Shown: one piece after another, positions 19,377 to 28,284 of the stretch
Layout: every line of letters starts with the position of its first letter
How positions within the stretch are numbered: position 1 is the stretch's first letter
From: an uncultured Nitrososphaerales archaeon
GTDB taxonomy: Archaea; Thermoproteota; Nitrososphaeria; Conexivisphaerales; UBA164
DNA length: 64,000 bases
Assembly (NCBI GenBank): GCA_964342655.1
Contig: CAYFFZ010000001.1
Location: 668 to 64,667, forward strand
Direction: 5' to 3'
Position numbers and translations under genes: made by a program
Notes under the pieces: generated by a model
Told to the model about the DNA's origin: nothing
Databases searched by the model: none
Seen by the model: the letters and a program-made list of their open reading frames with translations, nothing else

Positions 19377-20681
19377 ATGATGGGAAAAAATAATTTGCGA
19401 AGCTATATCAGTAATCTTGAAAGCAAAAAAATGCTTAAGGACGTTGGGGAAGTTGACAGGAAGTTTGAAGCCGCAATCTACGAGAAAAACATAAATTCGC
19501 CCATCAGGATAAAGCCAAAGGATAAAAAAGGCTACGTAGTATCGAACCTAATAATATCCGAGGAAACCGTTTCTATAGCTTTTGATACAGAACCAGCTAA
19601 CATTCATGACAAATTCATAAGATCCGTTACGTCCCCCAAAAAAATTATATTAAAGAACTTTAAGGTAAGCGATTATCAAAAGATTTCAGACAACGATATC
19701 CCGGCGATCTGGCATTTTGAGAAAGACCTTGGTTATTACGTTACATCAAGCATAGTTATTGCTAAAAGCCCTGATAATAAGATTATTAACGCAAGCGTGC
19801 ACAGGATTAGGATCTTGGGCAACGGCAAAGGCGTCATAAGGATGGTTGAAGGAAGACATCTGCACGCTATCTGGAACATGTGGAAAGATTCAGGCAAAGA
19901 TGCCCCGGTAACTGTAGTTATAGGAGTTCATCCAGCAATCGAAATGGCTGCGGCTTACCAAGCTCCTTTAGGCACGTTTGAAATGGAAATAGCTAATTCT
20001 CTTGCTGAAGGATTAGATTTTTATGAGAGCCCTTTGCACAAATTACCTATTCCTGAATCTGAATTTGTTATAGAGGGTTACATAAGCCGAGAAGAAAAAG
20101 ATTCTGACTGCATGGTTGAAATGCTGGGAAATTATGACCACACCCGGCAACAACCGGTTATCAAGTTTGAAGAAGTCTACAGCAAGAAAGATCCGATTTA
20201 CTGGGACGTCTTGCCTGGCGGGACAGAACACAAATGGCTTATGGGTTTCCCTGTCGAAGCTAAACTGAATAAGGATGTGAAGAGCACAGTTCCATCGGTA
20301 AAAAAGGTAGTTCTGACGGAAGGCGGAAGCAAATGGCTCCATGCAGTTATACAGATAAAAAAGAAGCTAGAAGGAGAACCTGTTAACGCTATAATAGCGG
20401 CTTTTGCTGCCCATCCTTCTCTCAAGCTAGCCATAGTTGTTGACGATGATATAGATCCTTCTGATCCGGTTGACGTTGAACGTGCCCTTGCTACAAGGTT
20501 TCAAGCATCCAGGGGCCTGCTGGTGATCAAAAACGCAAAAGGTTCTAGCCTTGATCCATCGAGCGATCAAGAAATGCTGTTAACAGATAAGCTAGGAATA
20601 GATGCCACGATACCTTTAAGAGCAAACAAAGAAAGGTTTAGAGAAGCAGTGATACCTGGCGAACCTAAAAATGAAAATTAA
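19377..20681 (+). CDS. UbiD-family decarboxylase, probable anhydromevalonate-phosphate decarboxylase
   Basis: 434 aa UbiD-like protein. Overlaps the next gene (AcnX small subunit) by 11 nt. This context fits the archaeal mevalonate pathway. Confidence 0.7.
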   Translation: MMGKNNLRSYISNLESKKMLKDVGEVDRKFEAAIYEKNINSPIRIKPKDKKGYVVSNLIISEETVSIAFDTEPANIHDKFIRSVTSPKKIILKNFKVSDYQKISDNDIPAIWHFEKDLGYYVTSSIVIAKSPDNKIINASVHRIRILGNGKGVIRMVEGRHLHAIWNMWKDSGKDAPVTVVIGVHPAIEMAAAYQAPLGTFEMEIANSLAEGLDFYESPLHKLPIPESEFVIEGYISREEKDSDCMVEMLGNYDHTRQQPVIKFEEVYSKKDPIYWDVLPGGTEHKWLMGFPVEAKLNKDVKSTVPSVKKVVLTEGGSKWLHAVIQIKKKLEGEPVNAIIAAFAAHPSLKLAIVVDDDIDPSDPVDVERALATRFQASRGLLVIKNAKGSSLDPSSDQEMLLTDKLGIDATIPLRANKERFREAVIPGEPKNEN

Positions 20682-21075
20682 AGCAGAAATTATAGTTGAG
20701 GGTTCAGCACTTATAAGTTCAATACTAAAGATTGTTGAAAAACCGATATCGTTTTTAGGCATGGTCGATCCAAAGAGGGGAATTTTAAAAATCGATGATA
20801 AAGAAATAGAAATAACGGAAAAAGTTCTGTCTTTTCCATACATGATTGGAAGCACCGTTGCCCCATACATAATTTACAGTTTAAAGAAAAACAAGAAGGC
20901 CCCTTTAGCTATAATAACTTCTTCAGTAGATGCGCTTCTAGCTTCTGGTTGCGCTATAAGCGACATACCCCTATTGACGATAAGCCAGCACGATTTTGAT
21001 CTGATAAAAAAGTTCGATGATAAGGTCATTACTGTAGACCCAGCGAACGGAGAGGTTTACATTTATGAACAGTGA
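20671..21075 (+). CDS. aconitase X swivel-domain protein (DUF126), probable phosphomevalonate dehydratase small subunit
   Basis: 134 aa. PISFLGMVDPKRGIL...VLSFPYMIGSTVAPYIIYSL...APLAIITSSVDALLASGCAISDIP matches the DUF126 pattern. Confidence 0.7.
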   Translation: MKIKAEIIVEGSALISSILKIVEKPISFLGMVDPKRGILKIDDKEIEITEKVLSFPYMIGSTVAPYIIYSLKKNKKAPLAIITSSVDALLASGCAISDIPLLTISQHDFDLIKKFDDKVITVDPANGEVYIYEQ

Positions 21076-21853
21076 AACAGACATAGAAGGTTTGCTTTCG
21101 TTTATATATGAAAGCTTTAAAAAAAATGATATTATAGTTCCAGATGACGTTTTACGTTTTGTAAACGATAATTTACTTGCTGAAGATATAGTGAGAGCTT
21201 ACAAAAATCTTACTAGCAATACAAGCTACATCAAAAAAGGGAAGTTTATAGTCGTATCTGGAATTGATAAATCTGGCAAAGAAACCCAAGCTATTTCAGG
21301 GAAAGGATGCGTTAAACCGCTAAATCAGTTTTTAATCGAAAAAGGATTTAATGTGCTTACAATATTGCAACCGTCTTATGACACAAGACTCGGAAGCTTG
21401 ATTAAGCGTTATCTTACAGAAAACAAAAAAACAATCAAGCTAGCCTGGATACTTTGGAGCTTAGACAGAGCGCAGCACAAGCAAAAAATAACTGAATGGC
21501 TTGCCAGAGAAAAAAACGTGGTCCTTGCTAAGCGCTGGAGCGAAAGCAACGTAGTTTATCACGCGGCTAAAGGCATAAACGCAGAAGAAATACTAAATTT
21601 TGAAAAAAATGTGCCGAAGCAGGATCTAACGTTAATAATAGACATCAAACCTGAAACTTCTATAAAAAGGAATCCTGAGCCCGACGCATACGAGAATTTG
21701 AACCTGCTCAAAATTGTATGGGAAAACTATATGAAATTAAACTATCTTTATCCCTATGGCGATAAAATATACATTGAGGGCGAAACCGATCCATGCACTG
21801 TGAACAACACTTTGCTTTCTGTAACGAACGATTATCTGGAATTGATTACTTAG
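21065..21853 (+). CDS. thymidylate kinase-like protein with ~58-aa N-terminal extension
   Basis: 262 aa. KGKFIVVSGIDKSGKETQ (Tmk P-loop with E in place of S/T), SLDRAQH (DR motif), and KQDLTLIIDIKPETSIKR (typical Tmk C-terminal region). 11-nt overlap with the upstream gene. Confidence 0.6.
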   Translation: MNSETDIEGLLSFIYESFKKNDIIVPDDVLRFVNDNLLAEDIVRAYKNLTSNTSYIKKGKFIVVSGIDKSGKETQAISGKGCVKPLNQFLIEKGFNVLTILQPSYDTRLGSLIKRYLTENKKTIKLAWILWSLDRAQHKQKITEWLAREKNVVLAKRWSESNVVYHAAKGINAEEILNFEKNVPKQDLTLIIDIKPETSIKRNPEPDAYENLNLLKIVWENYMKLNYLYPYGDKIYIEGETDPCTVNNTLLSVTNDYLELIT

Positions 21854-21867
21854 CACTGGCTTTAAAC

Positions 21868-22287
21868 TTAGGATTCTTGAATCAAATACTGTGAAAATTT
21901 TCTGAGATCTTCTATATGGTTTATTCCTTTAGCTATCTCTCTAACTTTTTTTCTCGTACTGAGATCTATCGTAACGCCACCGTATGATAGCTTTTCTGTA
22001 ACAGACTTAGCTAGGCTTTCTCCTTTTTTATCATAGTCCAGCATTATCACGATTTTTTTATAATAAGATAGCTCGGATGCGAGGTTTCCTGTGCCCTTTC
22101 CACTCCCGCATAGCTGAAATATTTTACCCTTATATCCAAGACTTTTTATCGCAATAAAATCTCTTTTACCTTCTACCACTACAATGGTTCCTTCTCCGTC
22201 TAACTCAGAAAAGAGCTTATACAAAGAATAAGCAACTTTTCTTTTACTCTCCATCTGCCATTTGCCTAACTGTTTTCTGTCTTTCAA
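21868..22287 (-). CDS. small Toprim-domain protein
   Basis: 139 aa. VVVEGKRD ... MLDYDKKGE are Toprim acidic motifs. Confidence 0.7.
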   Translation of the reverse strand: MKDRKQLGKWQMESKRKVAYSLYKLFSELDGEGTIVVVEGKRDFIAIKSLGYKGKIFQLCGSGKGTGNLASELSYYKKIVIMLDYDKKGESLAKSVTEKLSYGGVTIDLSTRKKVREIAKGINHIEDLRKFSQYLIQES

Positions 22288-22424
22288 TACTATCTTATGC
22301 CCCCTATTTTAATGATAAAATTATTACTAAAATTTTTTCTGTTTTTTATAGAATAATTGTAATTAAAAAATTTGCGATAATTTTGCCATCTATTTTTATT
22401 AATTGACCGAACAAAAAATATGCA

Positions 22425-23159
22425 ATGCGAGATTACGTCTTGCCAAACTACTTAAAGTTCGTTGAAGGATACCCAGCTCTATTGATCTTTAACAAATATC
22501 TTGCGATAGCAGACCTTCATATAGGTTATGAAATATCTGAACGGGAACGCGGCATATACGTGCCGATTCAAAAAGAGAGGTATATAAAAAGAATAGAGGA
22601 ATTGAAGCACCTTACAGGCGCTGAGGAACTTATAGTTGTAGGGGATGTAAAAGACAGCATAATGATGCCAACAGCGGAAGAAATAAATGAGCTTATATCT
22701 GTGTTTCAAGAAGTTTCTAAACTTTTCAAAGTAACCATAATACAAGGCAACCACGATGCATACATAGATAAGATTCTTCATAACTTAGCCGCGTTTGCCG
22801 AATCAGAGGGCATAGTACTAAGAAATGGCAGGACAAAGGTCTGTCTAGCACACGGACATGCTAGACCTTCTGACTCGTGCTTGAAAAGCGATGCTTTAGT
22901 TCTTGCGCACCTTCATTTTTACATTAAATTCGAGAACAGCAAATATCCTGTTTGGCTTGTTGGAAAAAAAGGAAAACAAACACTTGTTCTTATGCCTCCT
23001 TTTAACGATTTATTGTCTGGATATTATCAAGAGGATGTAGAGGCCAAAGTTCCATTTACAGATTTTAAGCTTCAGGATTTAAAAGTTATAACGCTCGATG
23101 GCTATAATCTTGGGACATTAAAAAATTTAAGAAATATAATAGAGGAAGAGTCGGATTAA
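22425..23159 (+). CDS. metallophosphoesterase (ICC-like)
   Basis: 244 aa. Calcineurin-like motifs ADLHIGYE, VGDVKD, GNHD, AHGH. Confidence 0.75.
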   Translation: MRDYVLPNYLKFVEGYPALLIFNKYLAIADLHIGYEISERERGIYVPIQKERYIKRIEELKHLTGAEELIVVGDVKDSIMMPTAEEINELISVFQEVSKLFKVTIIQGNHDAYIDKILHNLAAFAESEGIVLRNGRTKVCLAHGHARPSDSCLKSDALVLAHLHFYIKFENSKYPVWLVGKKGKQTLVLMPPFNDLLSGYYQEDVEAKVPFTDFKLQDLKVITLDGYNLGTLKNLRNIIEEESD

Positions 23160-23239
23160 TTTAAAACGTTTATGCTTAACGCAGAAGTAACGCCTATAGA
23201 TCAAAATGCTTTTTAATATGTTGTGTACATTATTTTGGT

Positions 23240-23485
23240 ATGAATAGTGATCAAGTTTTGGGTGGAGTAATAATGATTTTAAGTATACTAGTTATATTCG
23301 TATATGGGTATTTAATTTTTATGTATCCATTAATAGTTTTGCAGATAACTGTATTCTTAGTTGTTGCAGTGCTTCTCGGGATCCTTGCTTGGATTGGGTA
23401 CACGCTTCTTACCACCCCAGCTCCTAAACCTATTGAAGAGACTCAAGAAAACAGCACGCAAAATACTCAAGCCGAACAAAAATGA
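23240..23485 (+). CDS. small two-TM membrane protein
   Basis: 81 aa with two hydrophobic helices and a polar tail. The stop overlaps the next start (ATGA). Confidence 0.4.
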   Translation: MNSDQVLGGVIMILSILVIFVYGYLIFMYPLIVLQITVFLVVAVLLGILAWIGYTLLTTPAPKPIEETQENSTQNTQAEQK

Positions 23486-24207
23486 AAGATTATGCTATAA
23501 TATACGATCAAAGACTTAAGAAGCTAGCTACATCGCTTTCAAAAATAAGCGAGGCCCCAGCTTATCTGGCTGGAACGAGTGTTGTTTACGATCGTTACAT
23601 GGTATTATGGAGCTATAGAACAAACTATTCTCAGGAAAGAAGCAAGCTCGAAAAATTATTGAAAGAGCTTAATGATACAGGATATATAGAGGTTCTTTTG
23701 TTACTTCCCGCCCCGTACCAAAAAGGTGGAGATATATCACAATTCATGCAGGAAGTTTCTGTATTCGATTTTGTTGGCAGAATGATATTTTTTGACCTTA
23801 CACCTGTAAGCAAGATAGGGCTTACCCCGAGACCCTCGGTTAACCTTTCAGCTATTCCAACGCTTATAAAATACATGAAAGAAAACGGGTTAAAAGCTAA
23901 AGTTATTACATTTAACCAGGAGCTTACAACTCAGGCTAAAATAATAGAAAGCGCAGCCGGTAAAAGCGACGATAACGTAATGATCATTGATAACTATGTG
24001 GAAGATCCCGAAAAATTTGTGCCTGTTCTTGAGACGTACAAGGAAAAGGGGATAAAGACATATGTTTTTTCCACATTTTTTGCTGTGTCCCCAGAGCCAA
24101 TAAAAAACATGTCCGAAGTGATAACGACCAACGCTATATACTGGGATAACGTCATGACGCTTGATATATCTTCAGCTATAGCAGAATTTGTAGATGCTGT
24201 AAGTTGA
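23482..24207 (+). CDS. ribose-phosphate pyrophosphokinase (PRPP synthetase)-like protein lacking catalytic motifs
   Basis: 241 aa. Two-lobe PRT-like layout. VMIIDNYVEDPEKF sits where Prs has VDDxxDTGGT. EVITTNAI corresponds to the Prs C-terminal xxTdTi. LLLLPAPYQKGGD sits where Prs has IPYxxYARQDR. Confidence 0.4.
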   Translation: MKDYAIIYDQRLKKLATSLSKISEAPAYLAGTSVVYDRYMVLWSYRTNYSQERSKLEKLLKELNDTGYIEVLLLLPAPYQKGGDISQFMQEVSVFDFVGRMIFFDLTPVSKIGLTPRPSVNLSAIPTLIKYMKENGLKAKVITFNQELTTQAKIIESAAGKSDDNVMIIDNYVEDPEKFVPVLETYKEKGIKTYVFSTFFAVSPEPIKNMSEVITTNAIYWDNVMTLDISSAIAEFVDAVS

Positions 24208-25082
24208 AATGCGTAATAGCTGTTGACGTTGGCGCATCAAACATAAGGTTAGCTACTTTTACAGGTAAAGAGATGAAAAACAGAATTTCATATAAACTTC
24301 AGAGTTCCGTAAATCCCCTATATTATATAGAAGAATACCTAAAAAAGTTTTCAAAAACGTGTAGTACTATAGGCATAGCCAGCGCCGGACCGATAGACAT
24401 TAGGAAGGGATCTGTAAAGCTGATCAACTATAACAATTTAACGATCAACTATGTAGAATCATTAAAAGGGTATGGCGACGTATTTATAACAAATGACTGC
24501 ATAGCGGGTCTTTTGGCTGAAACCCACTTTGGCGGAGCTGTAAAAACAAAAAATACCGTTTATTTAACGTTCAGCAGCGGCATAGGGGCTGGAGTTATGG
24601 TAGACGGTCACATACTTATAGGTAAAGATGGGAATGCACATGAAATCGGGCATCTTGTATTAAATTATGAAGACGATACAACTTGTGGGTGCGGAAAAAA
24701 AGGTCACTGGGAGGCTTATTGTGGAGGAAAATCGATGCCTAAATTTTTTTATAAAGTAACGGGCAAAAAAGTTCCTTCACCAGAAGAAATTTTCAAAATG
24801 TACTATGAAGGACAGAAAGAAGCCGTTGATTTTATAGAAAAATGTATGAAGATAAATGCAGCAGGACTTGCCAGCATAATAGACGCTTACGATCCTGAAG
24901 TTATAATATTGAGCGGTAGCGTATATCTTAACAACGAAGACATTTTTATGAAAAGGCTCCACGAACTAACTAAAAACTATGTAATGAACCGGATGCCAAA
25001 GCTAAAAACAGCTAGGCTTAGGGAAGATTCAGTTATATTTGGGGCTGGAATTTTAGCAACATTAAAAGGCAAGCTTCCTTAA
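24204..25082 (+). CDS. ROK-family sugar kinase (glucokinase-like)
   Basis: 292 aa. IAVDVGASNIRLA ATP motif, ROK signature GIGAGVMVDGHILIG, and zinc motif CGCGKKGHWEAY. Confidence 0.8.
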   Translation: MKCVIAVDVGASNIRLATFTGKEMKNRISYKLQSSVNPLYYIEEYLKKFSKTCSTIGIASAGPIDIRKGSVKLINYNNLTINYVESLKGYGDVFITNDCIAGLLAETHFGGAVKTKNTVYLTFSSGIGAGVMVDGHILIGKDGNAHEIGHLVLNYEDDTTCGCGKKGHWEAYCGGKSMPKFFYKVTGKKVPSPEEIFKMYYEGQKEAVDFIEKCMKINAAGLASIIDAYDPEVIILSGSVYLNNEDIFMKRLHELTKNYVMNRMPKLKTARLREDSVIFGAGILATLKGKLP

Positions 25083-25085
25083 CTT

Positions 25086-25616
25086 TTAGCCTACTTCGCT
25101 TATTTTATTTTTTATTTGAGAGCTACAAAGGTCTTCAACTAATTTACTCGCATTTTCATAAAACCTTAACTTTCCATTTTTTCTGTTATCCGGATATTCG
25201 CCTAACTTTTCAAGTTTATCTGAAGGCATGCCAAAACCTTTTAAGATGAAAACTTCCTTTCCCATAGCATATCCCATCATAGCTTCGATCATAGTGCCTG
25301 CACTCCCCCCAAGTGCTATCAAAAAATCGGAAGATCTTACTAATGGAACTGACCTTGCCCTGTATTCTTCACCTGTTTTTATAATGATGACTCCTTCAGG
25401 CGCTGAAATGTTTTCGTTTTCAATCGGAAGCAAAAGCACTGTTTTCATGGAAAATTTCGAAGCTTGATCTACAACAGTTTTCATTAGACCCCAATAACCC
25501 CCGAGTATCAATACTACATCTTTACATCGTTCATTGAGTAATCTGACAAGCTCCTTTGTTTCTACAGCTAAATTTTCTGGAATTTCGCCGCTATGAGCCG
25601 CTATTCCTATTTGCAT
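25086..25616 (-). CDS. TIGR00725 / LOG-like Rossmann-fold protein
   Basis: 176 aa. LILGGYWGLMKTVVDQA and IALGGSAGTMIEAMMGYAMGKEVFIL match the LOG/TIGR00725 pattern. Confidence 0.6.
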   Translation of the reverse strand: MQIGIAAHSGEIPENLAVETKELVRLLNERCKDVVLILGGYWGLMKTVVDQASKFSMKTVLLLPIENENISAPEGVIIIKTGEEYRARSVPLVRSSDFLIALGGSAGTMIEAMMGYAMGKEVFILKGFGMPSDKLEKLGEYPDNRKNGKLRFYENASKLVEDLCSSQIKNKISEVG

Positions 25617-25700
25617 ACGTTATTCTTGACGGAAGGTTTTATAAAACTACCTTGATGTTTAAATTGTCTAGATCTTGATAAATCATAAGTTATCGAGCAA

Positions 25701-26417
25701 CTATTCCGTATTCTCTTTTTCTTGTTTGTTCTTCTGTAAGCTTTCTATTACAAGCGGTGCTACTTCATCAAAAGCGTACTTAACTATATCTTCAACAGTA
25801 CCTTTTGAAAACATTGTTATAACGCAGTTCCTTGTCAGACCGATTATTTGGGAAATGCTTTTAGCTCTTACAACGATGTACCACAGTAACCCGTGTTCTT
25901 GGTACATCTTGAAAAGATCCGTTTGGGAAAGCGCGTCCCCGTACAACGCAAGAACGTTTACGTTGGGTATATCAATCTGATCAAAATATGCTACGCGAGT
26001 TTCTTCTAAGCTTTTGTTGTAATAATCTAGAAATATGTTTGGATCTATCCTAGCTTCTACGACAAAACCTGGCCTTATGAATACCGCTTTACTGAATTCA
26101 TTTGCCAAGTAATTGGCCAAAGGCTTTTTTGCGAGTATGAATAAAAAGTTGTAACCTTGTATCTTTCTTATAAAAAACTGAACCTTCATGGTTGAAACTT
26201 CGGGCTTGAACCCTTCCTTTGTACCTACTTTTATAATCTTATCATAATAAATTATACCGTCGAGATAATTATCATCATAACCGTTCACTGAAAATTCAAA
26301 GTTTAACTGTGTATGCGTTTCTTCATCTTCTCTAGTTATTTTAAAGCTTGATAACTTCTCAGCTATAAAAGCCAAACTCTGGTCTGTATTTATTTTAAAA
26401 AGCTTTCCTGCGAGCAT
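25701..26417 (-). CDS. hypothetical protein
   Basis: 238-aa ORF with coding-like composition. I recognise no motif. Confidence 0.5.
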   Translation of the reverse strand: MLAGKLFKINTDQSLAFIAEKLSSFKITREDEETHTQLNFEFSVNGYDDNYLDGIIYYDKIIKVGTKEGFKPEVSTMKVQFFIRKIQGYNFLFILAKKPLANYLANEFSKAVFIRPGFVVEARIDPNIFLDYYNKSLEETRVAYFDQIDIPNVNVLALYGDALSQTDLFKMYQEHGLLWYIVVRAKSISQIIGLTRNCVITMFSKGTVEDIVKYAFDEVAPLVIESLQKNKQEKENTE

Positions 26418-26440
26418 TTTAACGTTTATGCTTATGGCTT

Positions 26441-27166
26441 TTAAGTATATATATTTGTGGGCGGTTTAAACTCCTGTTGTGACGTTTCTTTTGCAAGCTC
26501 AGCTTCAATCGTTTCTGCTCCTTTTATGAGCGGCGTAACGTCAATCTCGAAGCCATAGTATTTTGATAGCGTTTCAACAGCCACACTGGCAGCTCTTGGG
26601 TCGACCCTGTCTGGGGATGCATATGCAAGAAGAGCCACAGCAGGGAAGTTCTTTATTTCAAAGTAATTCAGGAGTATAGCCACTGGTCCAACTATTATGT
26701 GCTCATCTTCAAGCGGTTTCGCTTCAGAAAGCAAACCCCGAAGTTTATAGGCGCTTGTTGCCGCGATCCTATATTTACTATCGTCTGTCTTTAAAGTTGA
26801 GTCAAGTCCTCCCACTAAAAATACTTCTTTAACTCCTTTCCTTATTATTTGATCCGCAAAGCTTCTATAAAATTTCAGTTCTTTGTCTTTCTGCACAGGA
26901 ACGTCTACTTTAAATATTGCAAGATCATTATAAGTAAAAATTTCGTAAGGGGTGCTTATCATTCCGTTAATAAGGGTAGAAACCGGGGCTGAATCCTCAT
27001 AATCAACTATGCAGCATCTTTTAACAGGCAACTTCTGAACTAGGTATTTTACGCTCCAGTAACCAGTTGCGCCTATTCCATGGAAACCGCTTATCAAAGT
27101 TTTGCCTTTTAGTGACACATTCTTGGGATATATCGATACGTAATTGTTATAACTCAAACTATTCAC
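26441..27166 (-). CDS. PAC2-family proteasome assembly chaperone (PbaA/PbaB-like)
   Basis: 241 aa. LISGFHGIGATGYWSVKYLV resembles the PAC2 N-terminal motif. The extreme C-terminus ..NIYT fits an HbYX tail. Confidence 0.6.
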   Translation of the reverse strand: MNSLSYNNYVSIYPKNVSLKGKTLISGFHGIGATGYWSVKYLVQKLPVKRCCIVDYEDSAPVSTLINGMISTPYEIFTYNDLAIFKVDVPVQKDKELKFYRSFADQIIRKGVKEVFLVGGLDSTLKTDDSKYRIAATSAYKLRGLLSEAKPLEDEHIIVGPVAILLNYFEIKNFPAVALLAYASPDRVDPRAASVAVETLSKYYGFEIDVTPLIKGAETIEAELAKETSQQEFKPPTNIYT

Positions 27167-27196
27167 CTAATCAGGTCAATTTTAATCTACCGCTTA

Positions 27197-27544
27197 TTAA
27201 CTTTTTCCATTAACTTCTTCTTCATACTTTTTTAAAACAAGCTCTTCAACTTTCATAAAATATATCTGAGTGGGTTTAGGCATCTTGTTAAGGTTTTTCT
27301 CTATGGCTGCAATAAAATAGTCAATTGCCCTTTTGCTAACCTTGATGTTGAACTTCATGGGGAGTATAGGATCCTGCTGAATCTCAAGCTTATCCTTTAA
27401 TTCTTCAGGTGCTGTTTTAATATAATCCTCTAAGATTATGTTATACCATTCAGAAAGAACTTCTGGAGTAAGGCTCTCTTTCTGCTCTATAATGTACTGG
27501 GCCATTTTAAAAACCATATCTTCGCTCACTTTAAACTCTGTCAT
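27197..27544 (-). CDS. hypothetical protein
   Basis: 115-aa ORF, predicted helical. No recognisable motif. Confidence 0.45.
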   Translation of the reverse strand: MTEFKVSEDMVFKMAQYIIEQKESLTPEVLSEWYNIILEDYIKTAPEELKDKLEIQQDPILPMKFNIKVSKRAIDYFIAAIEKNLNKMPKPTQIYFMKVEELVLKKYEEEVNGKS

Positions 27545-27618
27545 TTTCTATAAAACTTATATTTAAACAAATAAAAGACAATTTTTTTAAACCTAAAGCC
27601 AATATAATTCGAGTTTAT

Positions 27619-28260
27619 TTATACCACGTGAAGGTTTAAATCGTATATAAAAAGTCCTACATCCAAAACCCCGGGCGTTTTAATCAGATCTTCGTACAAG
27701 TTTTTCAGGTCATAGCTTTCCGGATAGTTTATGTCGAAGATATAATTGCCGTTTTCAGTTATGTATGGATAGCCCCTTACATCTACCCTAAGGTTAGGCC
27801 TTAAACCTAGCTTTAATATTTCGCTCTTGACAAGGGTATACGCAAAAGGCAAAAACTCTAAAGGTAAAGGATGATCCAGCTTCTCAACAACCTTTTCTTT
27901 TGATACAAAGATGTGTCTTTCCCTAGAAATCTCCCATACAATTCTTTCTTTAGTGAGCGCTCCTCCGCCTCCCTTTATGACATACCCGTTATAACTTGAT
28001 ACCTGATCTGCCCCGTCTATGACAAAGTCGAGCTTATCAAATATAGGCTCTGATATTAAAAATAAGTCTGAAACTTCAAGCTTTATCTGAGCAGACGTTG
28101 CTATACCTATAGGCTTTATGCCTTTATCGTTTAACCTTTTTCCGAGCTCTTTCAAAACCTTTGAAGCTGTCCTTCCGCTTCCCAAACCTATTATAGGGGT
28201 GCGGTTTAATGCCAGAACCTTTTGCTCCAAAGTATCTAACGCTAGATCGAACCCTTGCAT
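27619..28260 (-). CDS. rpiA: ribose-5-phosphate isomerase A
   Basis: 213 aa. GLGSGRTA, IDGADQV, KGGGGALTKE. Confidence 0.85.
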   Translation of the reverse strand: MQGFDLALDTLEQKVLALNRTPIIGLGSGRTASKVLKELGKRLNDKGIKPIGIATSAQIKLEVSDLFLISEPIFDKLDFVIDGADQVSSYNGYVIKGGGGALTKERIVWEISRERHIFVSKEKVVEKLDHPLPLEFLPFAYTLVKSEILKLGLRPNLRVDVRGYPYITENGNYIFDINYPESYDLKNLYEDLIKTPGVLDVGLFIYDLNLHVV

Positions 28261-28284
28261 GATTAAATTATTAACGTAAACATA

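Noticed and set aside
19377-20681. UbiD homologue considered as a ubiquinone or menaquinone biosynthesis decarboxylase.
   Set aside because: Its overlap with an AcnX small-subunit gene, and the presence of mvk, ipk and the AcnX large subunit in the window, favour the mevalonate-pathway role. This was not verified experimentally.
21868-23159. Divergent Toprim protein and metallophosphoesterase, considered as a defence-type nuclease pair.
   Set aside because: Both are small, single-domain proteins of families widely conserved as housekeeping genes in archaea. There is no ATPase, no associated mobile-element marker and no island-like context.
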